This document shows positions 24,901 through 34,701 of a stretch of 53,620 nt of DNA, in pieces (position 1 is the stretch's first letter; each line of letters starts with the position of its first letter). Below the pieces are notes generated by a model, which was not told where the DNA came from, did not search any database, and saw only the letters and a program-made list of their open reading frames with translations. The position numbers and the translations under genes are program-made. The DNA is taken from the NCBI GenBank assembly GCA_002633005.1, contig NMRA01000189.1, positions 577,367 through 630,986 on the forward strand, written 5' to 3'. The stretch is from Phoronis australis. Lineage: Eukaryota > Animalia > Phoronida.

Positions 24901-27665
24901 TGGAGGTGGTGAGCCTGCCTCTTTCCACTTCAGTCACCATAGCTCAAGTGAGTACCCAGGTTGGAACACAGAGGGCAGTTTGAAGAAAATGACCCCTGAA
25001 ATAAGGGGCATACCAAGTAGCAAAAGTAAAACTTGCCATTACGTGCATATTAATAGGCCCCTTCGCCTTTCTTAGAAAAAAATTAAGATTATGCTCATAG
25101 ACTGGTGCTTCACACATTAGGTGAATGCATGTAAGGTTGACTTACTGTCATAGACGATCTTCTCATGTGAATGTACATGTCGGATGTTTTGGAAACTGTC
25201 TTCTATCCACTCTTGATACTTTTCAGCCTTATTTCACCCTGTTTAGATGGCTCAGCTACAAGAAATCAAATTACCTCTTTTACTCTCATGAAGTCAGTTG
25301 CATACTTCAATACTCGTTACCATGGTAGGATTCCATTTCTGTTAACAACAAGAACATGGAAGCCATTAGGGACTTGAGAAAACGACTCGATTTTATTGAG
25401 GTTGGCCCACAGAAACAGAATCCTAATACAGTAAAAAATTTAATGAGAGTAATAAAAGTTTTATAATTCAATTTTAATTCATTTTTTTGCATGCTAAGGA
25501 GACGAAATGCAGCCCTAAGTAGTTGATGTTGAATTGAAAAGTATCTGCAACATCACCCACACGTTGTTTTGAAATTTGCTCGCTGATTTGACACCTAAGT
25601 CCGGATAAAGGCGTTGCATTTTACTTAACATAAAGGCGTGGCCGCAATTTTAATTGACACGTGGACCTAAGTATGAGGATATGTAGTATAAATTTCTCAA
25701 AGAACACATTTATATTACCATCCAGCTATTAAGCTATTCAATGGATAGAGATGATGAATTAAATGTGGAAGGCTTGTGTAAGACCGTGCGACTTTTTTAC
25801 AGTATCTTACTATTATTTATGTATGGTCTGTTCACAAAATTAAAAAAGAGGGATTTGTCAATAGCTTACTTGGGAAGATACTTCTCAGTCTGGATATTTT
25901 GGTAGTGACGCTTAAGGAGTAGTGTTATCTCAGCTATTACGTTGCCTTGATGAGTCATTTTACTAACATCTCTAGCTGACATGAACTTGCGTATTTGGAG
26001 GGACATATGTCTTAGTTTTGCCCAAATATAGGCCACCAGTTTACACCAATTCCACATACCTCGGTTACCACCAATTACATCCACCCACATCTTTCCCTCT
26101 TCCAACTGCCAACTGTTTTACTTCCCCTGTTGCCCCCCACCCACTGGGCCAGGTTGCCTCCAATTTTATTGTTCTTGCCTCCAGCCCTCATTGCAAGCTG
26201 TTTCTCCTCTCCAGTTGCCACGTGTTCCACCCCCTTCTCTAGAAGGTAATTACCCTGCCCCCCCACCTAATATGGTTATGCTTGTTAAATGTAAACAAGT
26301 TACAATGCAACTGGCGTTATCAAGCCATATTTAGATATTTTCAAAATCCATTTTTTGTGGAATAACTCTTTGCGTTTCAGAAAAGCAGATTTAACAGACC
26401 AAGCTCTAACCATGGATCAAATGGAATTCATTGAGTGATTTTGTGACTAGACTTGTTGCTGAAGACTGATTATTTCTGTTTGATGTAGACAGTTTTGATT
26501 TGATATAGTTAACAAAACATAGATGGGTAAAGGAGTGCATACCTTAGCTTAAATCTCATGTTTCATGCTAATAGCCACAGATTTGTCCCCATTAAGAAAC
26601 TCTTAAGAAACTGCCTATTGGGGGGTGGCTTTTGGTTAATTACGATGTTCAGTATATGTGGCCAAAACAGTGAACTATAAAGGACTACTATGTTCAATAC
26701 TTTCAGGCCCAGCCAGTGCCAGTCTCATGGAAGCCAACAATTCCATGATCCCAATTACGGTGCCTCAGAACCCGTCTTTGAAATCTGATGAAGTGTCCTC
26801 CTCGCTGTTTACAAGACAAGAAAGTGTGAAGCACCCCAGTCTCAGTTGTCTAGGAAAGCAGCAGGGTTTGCCTACAGCGAATCATGTTTCCAGTGATCCA
26901 GAGGTGGAATCTTACCAGTGTGATAGGAAAATTCCTTCAGCCGATGATCAGGTGTTGCGGAAGTTTAATCCGTCTGTGTTTCCGGGGGAGAAGCCGAGTC
27001 CCATGGAGCTACAGAAGATGTATGATGCAGAAAGGTTGGCGGCAGAGAAACTGAGACAGATTGAAGCCTCAGATGGCCTGTATGAAAATGTAGCAGCCAT
27101 GGTGAGTTCAACAGAAGATGCAAAGTGTTTGGAATGGGATCATTCAAAACTACCACCAGAGGAGACTCAATGTCAGACAGAACAAGTTGACACTGCAGAT
27201 CACCACGTCACACCACTTGAACTCGAAAAACAATTTTATGAACAGCGAGAGAACTTGCGTGTTGGACACAATGGCGATGTTCGGCACTCCGAGCCTCCCA
27301 CTTGCGTTCCGCATCCAGGTGTTGCTGATGGAGACAAGTTGCTTCCTTCACCGCAAGAGTCCATGAAGGCTAAAAAGAAGTTACCATTTGCCTTGGAAGA
27401 GTACTATGAACAAGTGGGTCAGGACATGGCCAGCTTGAATTTGACTGATGATCAGAGTTTGGCCCCACCCCCACCATGTCGACCATGGCATGCGAATGAG
27501 AGTGAAGGTTGTTTGAAATCTGAGGAATGTATAAGTGGGGCCAGTACTGGCTCGTGTGAGAGTGGCGACACCTGTTGTACCCTCACACCAGCCAGGGGAA
27601 GTACTGCTGGTGAGTCGGACGAACAGCAAAGCATCACAAGTATTACTTTTGATGGAGACATTTAA
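891..27665 (+). CDS. IRAK1: Pelle/IRAK1-like interleukin-1 receptor-associated kinase (death domain + Ser/Thr kinase + low-complexity tail), 13 exons, about 940 aa
   Basis: Exons 891-999, 2872-3057, 3947-4039, 6683-6910, 10678-10948, 11666-11780, 12880-12998, 16164-16374, 17767-17838, 22273-22434, 22789-22843, 24705-24947, 26707-27665 join in frame (2823 nt). Death-domain motifs YIYEIP..LD..GWKKLA and SPSDDLLHEWGTKNATI; kinase motifs IGEGTFGAVY, YAVK, HGDIKSAN, DFGLA, SDVYSFGVVLFE, RRRP. HGD (non-RD) indicates the Pelle/IRAK1 class rather than IRAK4/Tube. The symbol is family-level. Confidence 0.9.
1191..1469. repeat. 54-bp minisatellite, about 5.2 copies (IRAK intron 1)
   Basis: TATTGTGCTAGACAGTGACCACCATCTCTAACTG... 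starts at 1191, 1245, 1299, 1353, 1407, 1461. Confidence 0.95.
2872..3057 (+). CDS. IRAK1: IRAK/Pelle exon 2 (death domain)
   Basis: CAG acceptor; AVEAGFGTHEILSFDKAFRRPTGSPSDDLLHEWGTKNATIRRLFEALRNINHIQEMKLLKPI; G|GTAAG. Confidence 0.9.
3436..3523. repeat. 32-bp tandem repeat, about 2.7 copies
   Basis: AGCTGACTGGTCA.TATT..TTCAGGCAAACA repeated. Confidence 0.85.
3947..4039 (+). CDS. IRAK1: IRAK/Pelle exon 3
   Basis: Polypyrimidine tract + CAG; VPSEYHHMIPEDDD...FGE; G|GTAAG; phase 1-1. Confidence 0.82.
4454..5953 (+). mobile_element. Helentron-associated interspersed element (DINE-1/HINE-like), diverged copy
   Basis: 5' TTATGTGCCCAC subTIR, degenerate GTCT microsatellite, core repeats with CCTAGTGGC, 3' CATTGCTCTTGTTT end. 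Confidence 0.65.
6683..6910 (+). CDS. IRAK1: IRAK/Pelle exon 4 (Pro/Ser/Thr-rich linker)
   Basis: TTTTAG acceptor; DNLKLPRPFDPVESSGMTPPPQS...MAAP; A|GTGAG; phase 1-1. Confidence 0.8.
7174..10622 (+). mobile_element. HINE-like element interrupted by a nested DNA transposon
   Basis: 5' TTATGCGCCCAC + IR GTGGATGCAT, GTCC microsatellite, about 150-bp cores; 3' GTGGGCGCAT subTIR + CAACGCTCCGCGTTG hairpin + CTCTTGTTT. Confidence 0.8.
8263..10013. mobile_element. Non-autonomous TIR DNA transposon nested in the HINE
   Basis: Imperfect inverted ends (CAGCATG..TGAACA..CCACT and ACCGTATTTATCCACCTT versus AAGGTGGATAAATGCGGT..AGTGG..TGTTCA..CATG); HINE core sequence resumes right after; no transposase ORF. 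Confidence 0.6.
10678..10948 (+). CDS. IRAK1: IRAK/Pelle exon 5 (kinase subdomains I-III)
   Basis: FKYEDIKQATKNF..KIGEGTFGAVY..YAVK..WKTELSTL; CAG acceptor; GTAAG donor phase 2. Confidence 0.92.
11666..11780 (+). CDS. IRAK1: IRAK/Pelle exon 6 (kinase IV-V)
   Basis: YRHPNIIQLCGDSFDGPRPCLLFEYMVNGSLEDRLECK; TTTCAG acceptor and AAG|GTAAG donor. Confidence 0.92.
12150..12364 (-). mobile_element. tRNA-derived SINE
   Basis: Minus-strand head GAGGAGGCAGTGTGGCCTAGTG (A box) and GGTTTGAGTCTC (B-box-like); 13-bp TSD GGTTATA(A/T)CATTT. Confidence 0.8.
12622..12852 (+). mobile_element. tRNA-derived SINE, diverged copy of the same family
   Basis: GAGGAAGCAGTG...CTTTACTC...GGGTCGAGTCCCAC...CAGCTTGGTTTTAAC...AATTGTTTTTTAT aligns to the reverse complement of 12150-12364. 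Confidence 0.7.
12880..12998 (+). CDS. IRAK1: IRAK/Pelle exon 7 (kinase VIa-VIb)
   Basis: NQTPPLSWLQRVNIIVGASTGINFLHTVCERPLIHGDIK; TGCAG acceptor and AG|GTAAG donor. Confidence 0.92.
13362..13710 (+). mobile_element. HINE-like element, 5' part
   Basis: TTTATGTGCCCAC...GCTGTATCTCCTAAAC...GCCCCTAGTGGC. Confidence 0.65.
13803..13895. mobile_element. End of a hAT-like MITE
   Basis: CAGGGCTCAACATTAAC terminus with repeated ACTTGCCC subterminal motifs; the partner end was not found (near the gap). Confidence 0.45.
14840..14904. other. Assembly gap (65 N)
   Basis: Run of N following a poly-C tract. Confidence 1.
14905..15590. repeat. About 105-110-bp tandem repeat with inverted subunits
   Basis: CAACTAATTCAACTATTCCCACTAATCG..GCCACCTGCAGG at about 14957, 15058, 15168, 15339, 15446; reverse-complement pieces at about 15260-15335 and 15560-15580. 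Confidence 0.8.
15798..15886. repeat. Near-perfect palindrome (44-bp arms, 1-nt loop)
   Basis: AGCCGGAACAAAACTTAGTAATAAAACAATTATTGACT-T-AGTCAATAATTGTTTTATTACTAAGTTTTGTTCCGGCT. Confidence 0.95.
16164..16374 (+). CDS. IRAK1: IRAK/Pelle exon 8 (DFG, activation segment, subdomain IX)
   Basis: SANVLLDKHFEAKIADFGLA...LATLAYLPPDF...SDVYSFGV; uncommon AAG acceptor after a pyrimidine tract; GTAAG donor. Confidence 0.92.
17767..17838 (+). CDS. IRAK1: IRAK/Pelle exon 9
   Basis: VLFEVGSGQKAFDEKREPMDHQKL; TTTTAG acceptor and GTAAG donor. Confidence 0.88.
18455..19080 (+). mobile_element. Degenerate HINE core fragment
   Basis: GGCTGTATCTCCTAAAAC, GATTTTCATGAAAT and GCACCTAGTGGCAATTTT motifs shared with intact copies. 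Confidence 0.55.
20168..21804 (+). mobile_element. Complete HINE-like element with trimeric higher-order core repeats
   Basis: TTATGCGCCCAC ... GTGGGCGCAT subTIRs, GTCC microsatellite, 3' AACGCTCTGCGTT hairpin, T-rich flanks; about 440-bp period made of three about 150-bp subunits. Confidence 0.85.
22273..22434 (+). CDS. IRAK1: IRAK/Pelle exon 10 (kinase X-XI)
   Basis: VEFASD...LYDPHL...LFKLALTCTDESPRRRPEMGQ; TTTTCAG acceptor and CAG|GTGCGT donor. Confidence 0.9.
22789..22843 (+). CDS. IRAK1: IRAK/Pelle exon 11 (end of kinase; probable GC donor)
   Basis: VVDDLDSLLKQSYGQGSY; the best phase-1 donor is G|GCAAGT. Confidence 0.72.
23074..23644. mobile_element. PIF/Harbinger-like MITE
   Basis: About 41-bp TIRs GGGCTGTTCCAGTAAAATCTGTATGGGAGGGGGGGAAGGCA with TAA on both flanks; internal ACCACCCAT motifs. 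Confidence 0.85.
23814..24020. repeat. 104-bp tandem duplication
   Basis: ATCCTAGTCTAAACACATACCT... at 23814 and 23918. Confidence 0.9.
24705..24947 (+). CDS. IRAK1: IRAK/Pelle exon 12 (polyglutamine/His-rich)
   Basis: ATAG acceptor phase 1; PQHQQQNLYQQQQQQLHHHL(QQQQQHV)n...; donor A|GTGAGT. Confidence 0.75.
26707..27665 (+). CDS. IRAK1: IRAK/Pelle terminal exon (acidic, Pro/Ser-rich tail)
   Basis: TTTCAG acceptor phase 1 inside the 335-aa ORF; TAA at 27663-27665. Confidence 0.82.
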
Positions 27666-28527
27666 TAAATTGTTTGTTTCTGCTTGCTTCACAGATTACA
27701 TTAAGTTACTACGTCGTGTTCATATATTCATTGATTTGGATTGTGGTCCTGCATATCTGTTAGTATTGACACAATGCTACTCAGTTCCTGCAGATGTCAG
27801 GACTGTCGTGGATATGGTTGTTTCGTGCTTACATTATATCACCGCGCTGTACTTTTGTTGTTAAATCTATTTACTAACAGTATTCTTATGAAAATCGGAA
27901 CATGCAATGATCTTTATGCGCGTTTATTTTGCCTGCAAGAAAAACTTGGAAAATGTGAAGTGATATGCCTCAGTGACTCAGTAAGTGGTTTGACTTGGAC
28001 AGAGTTACTGATAGACCTGATGAAAGAATATATTTGTTTCTGCGTTTTAAGACCCACAGTTGCTAACAAAGCATGAGAATTCTGGAGAATAATGTCGTCA
28101 TTGGTCTCTAGAGGCATGGTACTATATAAGATGGTCACTTACTTAGAGACGTGGTAGGTTGTTTGCAGACGTTTCAACCTGGTCTGCCAGGTCTTTGTCG
28201 ATGAATAAGGGATTTCCCGCCTTTCGCTCGTTAAGAATGCTGGAGTCGGGACCGAGGACTCCACTTACCCCCGTGTACTCCAGCATTCTTTGATGTGACA
28301 TTTTTATATACTTATACTGCAGGTTTTTCAGTATTGTTTTTGTTACGTAGTCATACTGTAGCATTACAACTGTCATGGTTTGTAGCTTTCACTCTCCTGA
28401 AGAGCGTCAATAACTTTCTTATATTGTCATACGTATGGAGAAAGCCAGCTGTCCTGTGGACACATTATGGCCACAACGAATTTTGGTTACAATTTGCATT
28501 AAATATTGCAGGACGATTGTTGTAACA

Positions 28528-28960
28528 TGGTTTGACTTTACTTGTGTTGCCAATATGTAGCACTGTCCGACTTGTCAATACAGTTTTATAAAAAATAATT
28601 GCAGGCGGTCTGATACACGTTGTACCAGACGTGCGCAGGCCTTGCATATGAGCCCATTGCACTGATCACCTGGAAATATTTTTATAGATTACTTTATTAG
28701 TATATGGTTAAAACCGAGCTGAGGAGCTAGAAACCTGGCTCACAGGTTTAGCAGTGTGACCTGGTGGGACTCGAACCCACAACGTCGAGTAAAGAAAGCA
28801 GGCACTTATCAACCAGGCCACACTGCCTCCTCTCTCAAATACAGTTTGGTTTGACTTTACTTGTATTGCCAATATGTAGCACTGTCCGACATGTTAATAC
28901 ACTATTGTTGACCTTTCTTGTATTGCCAATATGTAGCATTGCTTGAAATGTCAATACAAT
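28528..28960. repeat. About 58-bp tandem repeat (3 copies) split by the SINE
   Basis: TTGACTTTACTTGT.TTGCCAATATGTAGCACTGTCCGAC.TGT.AATACA at about 28533, 28851, 28907. Confidence 0.8.
28587..28837 (-). mobile_element. tRNA-derived SINE downstream of the IRAK stop
   Basis: Same family as 12150-12364; B box GGTTCGAGTCCC; 10-bp TSD AATACAGTTT. Confidence 0.82.
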
Positions 28961-31261
28961 AGTTGGGACACGTACATGTGTTCGTCCTCACCTTTACACA
29001 AACGTATATAGTAAAATTTTTACATTTATTTATTTTAAAAATTGCTTGCACTTATTTGTGAAACATTTTTATGGGTGGTGGTTCAAAAAGTCAATTCAGA
29101 CTAAAATACATATATTTGTTAAAACAATAAAACATAACAACATTTATGACATTTTGGTCAAAAAAGACATTGTTTCATCAAAGTAAGGTAGTAATTAGAA
29201 TGAAAATGTGCATCAACAATCTGAAGAAACCCTGGATTTATAACACATAAAATAAGCACCAAAACCTATTCTATCAACCTTTCGGCTATTTAAAAGTATA
29301 TACCAGACTGGAATTTCCAGACAGGTTCCTCAGTATAGATCCATCGGTCTAGTCTAAAATTTTCTGGAACTGCAGTTTGCAGGATGAACGATATTCTTGG
29401 CAAATGACAAACAACTAAAGCTGAAAAAGACATTTGACAAACGTGGAATAGGTTTACATCATCTCATTTTTGACTTTCTACAAAACAATCTAAACTAATG
29501 GTACTATAAACTAAACTAAGGACACTATAAAGTCTTTATAACTTTACGTGGTGGACCTCATTCCATGTCAATGGCATCGACACATTTTCTGTTTACAAGC
29601 TCCTGTTTCCTAAAGTAAGCCTAGGCTTACATTTGAGATTCCATAAAGGTAGAATGTTTCCTGAATAATACGCCCTGAGGCTGTCCGTAATTCACGAGAA
29701 TATATAAATAAATCAATATGCAATTCAAAATTCAAGGACCAAAATTCAAGTTAATAGAAAAGCCCAACTTGAATTCCATCTTGAACCAAAACAACAGCGA
29801 TACTTGGTACACAGCAAGAGATATGCTATTCGGGTGCTCATAAGCTTCACATTATAAAACTGCCCAACCAATTTTGAAGCCATGTCAGAACCATTAAGTT
29901 TACCGGTGTATACTATGTTTTGAAAGTTAATCTGAAAGCAATGAGTTGTTTCAGTGACTGAATCAAAAGCTATATCCAGTAAGATTGATGCGAAATATGA
30001 CGCATGTCCTTTTTGACAGCAACCAGCACGTTTAACTTCATTAACACTGCCAGACTCGGACACACAAGACAATTTATAGGAAAAACAATTCCACAAGGGC
30101 ACACTGAAATTGTCAGAAAATTGGTGGTTGTTACCTCTCTGTAGAAATGAACATAACTGTCAAATATGACAGGAGAAAATTTGAGGTAAACCCTTGAGAT
30201 ACGGGCAGACCGGTAAACTAAATAAGCCCTAAGGGGTATAGTAGATTCTGCATCCAAGACAAAACCAAGGGCTGGCTGTATTCTCGGGGCTGTTTATGTG
30301 CGGACAGTTAAGTTATCAAAAGTTTCATAATTTTGTTCATTTTCAGTAAATTAATTAATGCTTTTAATTGGCCTGACCTAAAATGATGCGAAATTTTTAT
30401 CAGTAATTCACCTTAAATATCGGTTGTCTTTCATATTCTAGAACTACTTTCCTTGTACGTAATACTATTTACGGTTAACTGGACTGTAATAAACTAAACA
30501 GATTTTTGCAATAAAACCAAGACTTCTGTAATTCTTAGCAATAAAAAAAACTAACAGAGGCTGCTGTTAAGGGACGCAACATTTTGCACTAAGCAATTAA
30601 ATCTGAATTTCCTAATGTCTTTCAAATATACACTGGACTCCTTCGGCACACGCAATGACTTTTTCAGTTGCTCGAAATTAAGCAAAGACTCGATTTTGTT
30701 ACAAAAGTCTTTGATGTTTTTATCGTATCAGATAGTCAATCAAAGTGGTCGTGTTATCTGGCATATCGAAGCAAACAGAACAGAGTTTAAGAAGGACCAG
30801 TTACCAAATTGCTGGTGGCATTTTTTGTCATGTCCGTTAAGCTAATCAAACATTTTTGATCCTATCTGAATATGAAGAACTAAAAACCCATTTTATCTCG
30901 TAACTCACATTAGTTATATAAAGCATGCGCTCATTTTTTATGGCTATGCTGCTTTCGTAGTGGAATTTTAGAAGCGAAAATTTAACAGATGTTGCAAAAT
31001 CAAAACCAGGAGATACCCGGATAAAATAAAATGTAAAGCAAATCTTTTTTCTCCATATGACAAAAAGTACTAGCTTTCTAGCCCATACAGCTCCTAGCTA
31101 GGTGAAAAATTAATTTTTCTATTCACCAGATGAAGCGTTGCTTATGCTGGAAAGCTAGTGATTTCTACCTTAACGGACAATAAATATGACTTTTAAGTTT
31201 GATTTCACAAGAGCACATAACAAACTGGAAAAAAAAACATTTTCAAAAAAGTATAGTGATC

Positions 31262-32103
31262 TTAGGGGTTCTTCTTGTGATTCAACTGTATAACAGTTGA
31301 AATGAAACTGGCCATTTCAACAAAGTCTAAAATACAGATGTTCACACCAGAAGGGCCAGAATGCTTTGATTGCACCCATTTAACAATTGTGGAATTGTTT
31401 GGTTTGGCAATTTCTGCTTTAAGACTGCTGTCAAGATGAAGAAAAATATCTTGAAATTCTGGTGTCAGGATTCCTTGGGTCACATAAAATGAACCCTGTG
31501 GGCGTCCCGAGGTAAAGTTCTCTTCAAGGAATTTCAGCAACTGTTTTTGCTTGTTTGTATTGGCCCACGGGGAAGGTACAGCTGATCCAGGCCAAAAGTG
31601 CGAGTTGGACTCGACGACGGAGTTGTGGTAAAAGACGATGACTTGTAATCCACTTTGCCACAGCATGTTGAGAGTCACGCTAGCTACGTCCAGGTGGGGA
31701 CACATCTTGTGGCCGAATACCTCCAGGATCATAGACAAGGTCTGCTTGTGTGAGAATTCTGTCATATTGTAAAAGTGATTCATGTCAACAAGTATCACTT
31801 CTTTAGGATGCTCATCTAGATAGCTCTTCATTTCCCTCAGAAATTCTTCCACAGTTTTAGTTGTCAAAAGTCCGTGAACTAAATACACCTCCTCCGTCCC
31901 AGGTTTCACAGCAACACGAAAGTCGAAATAACGAATTCCTGCCTTTAACTGGAGTGTAAGTGAGCTGTCTTGAGTGATAGACCAACTCCGCAGGATCTTA
32001 CGGCCAGGTTTGCCAAACATTTCCACAATCTTCTTGATCGTTTCGTTTTCATCAACAATGGGTGAATCCAGGTCCAAATCACAGCTGAAAGAGTTATGTG
32101 ATC
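31262..32103 (-). CDS. PLCXD: PLCXD exon 2
   Basis: TTTTCAG acceptor; GSHNSFSCDLD...QLNHKKNP stop. Confidence 0.93.
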
Positions 32104-32999
32104 CTGAAAACAAGAGAAGACATTGTTTGTAAAATCCTGCCAAACCCTTATCTGGAAAGTGTCAAAAATATGTCTGCGGTGCACAAAATATATTTTATGC
32201 AAAATGTTTACAACATTACTATCCATGAGTTAATATTTGAAATAGAAAAGGTATTCATAACAACGTAGCATTGATGTTTTAGTCAGTGCGAAGCATAATT
32301 CGCCGAAAATCTTCATGCACATGAAGCACGTATAGGAGCTTCACAGTCTCTACTGTGGAGCCAGTAGAGACTCAGTGGTCACGGTCTACCTCCTGAGGTG
32401 TCCCTCTATATACTAAGTGCAAGCCAAAAGGTACGTGACTTAGATGTTTTAGTCATGCGTGGCATAATTTGCTGAAAAGCTATATACCGGCTTGTAGGAG
32501 TTCCATTGCTCGCTCCGCAAGCAGAGACGGTGGTTATTGATAGTAACATTGTCTAAACGCAGTGAAGAACTATACTATGGCGATACGAATTGAAGAATTA
32601 TTTATTATGCCGTTTCATAGCTATCTTATAAAAAACCATTCCATTGAGTGTTGGTTAGTGCTTCACTAAGTATAATATTTTATTTGATATACTAATTCCA
32701 AACCTGTTTGACTCTACGACCCAATAAGCATTGCCATTGCATTGGGTCCTTTGACAGTTCTATGTATTGGGATTGGGCCTATGTCACAAAATCACTCAGC
32801 TGGCCCTAACTTTTAGTTTTAGGCTTTATCTGTTAATGCATAACTTAAGGAGATATATGAATTGAAGAACTTACGCACCAGGTATTGACAGACAATTCAA
32901 AGGCGTGTCGTGTAATTCCTTTGGTAAATCTGCCATCCACGATGAAAAATCATCAGAAAGATTTGAGGAGTCGAGCCGATTTCCGCCCACGTCCGCCAT
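31262..32999 (-). CDS. PLCXD: PI-PLC X domain-containing protein (PLCXD2/3-like), 2 coding exons, 320 aa
   Basis: Exons 32999-32879 and 32103-31262 (963 nt). Motifs WM..LP..L.D.PL..LSIPGSHNS, WSITQ...QL.AGIRYFDFRV, VHGL, HPKEVILVDMNHFY, SPWANT, FYVTQGILTP, GVNICILDFV. Confidence 0.93.
32879..32999 (-). CDS. PLCXD: PLCXD exon 1
   Basis: AAACATGGCG start; MADVGGNRLDSSNLSDDFSSWMADLPKELHDTPLNCLSIP; G|GTGCGT donor phase 1. Confidence 0.88.
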
Positions 33000-34270
33000 G
33001 TTTGTTTTGGCGATGTCCTTTGTGAAGAACGCTTACTGACAACAAAAGAGCATCTCAAACCTATGTGTAATCCATCTGGTGGCGGACAACCGCATAACAC
33101 TGTCACCGACAGTTAGGGTGCCCTGACGGGAGGTACTCTTGCCAAGACCGTGATATTCTGGGCGCCTATGCAGGGCCGTAGGAAGCTGAGGAAGGGGACA
33201 TATGTGCCCGGCTCTAAATATGGACTCAACTGAGCTCCCTGAAGTATCTGAATATTTGTGGGCTTGTGAAAACATGATGAATACCCTTTTGATCAAGTTA
33301 TTGTTCCCCATGTGTGAACTGATGGGGATGGGATACCCTAATTGTAAATATTATATTAATAAATAAATAAATTATACCGGTATTTTCCGCAGATGGTCCA
33401 TGGGCGTGTATTTTCCCCTGCATAGTTTCAAAAGAATAATTTTGCTTTTTCAATAGCGTTTGTGTTCATTCATGTCAGCATATGATGTTGTATTTTTTCA
33501 ACACTCATTTTTTTAATGAAGTTTGTACGGCAAACCGTCTTTTTCGCAAGAAAGAAAAATACATTCAAACCTGTAAAAACGTTCAAATTTCATTCGCCAA
33601 GTTAACTAAATGCAGCAAATGCGATCACTCCTATAAATAATTTGTTTGCTGACAGATAGAACAGAGCCTTGCACAATCTAATCCTGAGTAACGACAACGC
33701 CGTGTAACCCGAATCAGTAACCAAATCATTCGATGGTAGCTCCGAACGGCGTCGCTTAATCAGTGTTCAGTACGGGTCAAACGTGTTGTATTCATTATCG
33801 GTACAGCTTAGCTAAGGTTTTTCTCGGCTTTCAGTGCAGCGGCACGAGTGTTTGCCAAATCCCACTTGTAGTTTCCCAACTGAACATACTTTATCTCCGC
33901 AATATCGGAAAGCCTTGTCACAAAACGGAGTGCGCGTCACAAAAGGCCTCGGATATGGTTTATAAATTTAAGTTGAAGTGAACTGCAGAAAGCAGGTGCA
34001 TTGTCGCAGCAGAAATAAAACTTCGTGGGTGGTGGTCTTCACTGAGACAAAAACTCAAATTCTGGGTGGTCGTTCCTGTAAGAAGTGATGCATTAAAAAT
34101 GGGTGGTATATTTTTTGACCTGTTAATGTTGACAGGTTGGTTACTTCACTGAGCCCTCAAAACTCAAAAAATGCAATTGGCATATATCCTAACTTATCCC
34201 AATACAAAAAGCCTATATTGCCAATGAACAGAGTGCAATACGTTCACTAAGCCATGATTCAAGTCACGGG

Positions 34271-34488
34271 CTTTTATTGAAAAATCAACAACTTTCTTAT
34301 ATGTGTTAACACCAGTTTAGTGTTGCATAACTTTTCAATTCAATAGGACTGCAGACAAACAGTTGGCTCAAATCAAGTTGATTTGAGCCAACTGTTTGTC
34401 TGCAGTCCCATTGAATTGAAAAGTTATGCAACACTAATGAAACTGGTGTTAACACATACAAGAAAATTGATGATTTTTAAATAAAAAG
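34271..34488. repeat. Long palindrome (about 107-bp arms, 1-nt loop at 34377)
   Basis: Inner arms of about 59 bp have one mismatch; outer arms pair after a 4-nt bulge. Confidence 0.95.
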
Positions 34489-34701
34489 TATGAGGAGTAA
34501 GATAAACAAGTTCCAGTATTCACTTGACATAGAAGTATAAAAGAGTTCGTGGAGACAGTTTGAGATTCATAGATCCTTATAATTGAAAAAATGTTCATTG
34601 AAATTATACACATGGTGAACAGAGACACCTGGTGGCTGCCAAAAGTATTGCTCACAGGCTACTTTAGTTTTTGACAATATTGGACAAGACAACTAGTTCT
34701 T

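Noticed and set aside
26032-26245. Possible extra IRAK exon (TAG ... GAAG|GTAAT, C-rich, open frames)
   Set aside because: Its length does not preserve phase 1 to 1 between exons 12 and 13; open frames are explained by pyrimidine-rich composition. RNA-seq could overturn this.
26658-26706. 335-aa ORF as a stand-alone gene
   Set aside because: It starts at a GTG and contains a phase-compatible acceptor at 26706; it is better explained as the terminal IRAK exon.
28740-28832. tRNA gene
   Set aside because: A and B boxes are present, but there is no convincing cloverleaf; it is the head of a three-copy SINE with TSDs.
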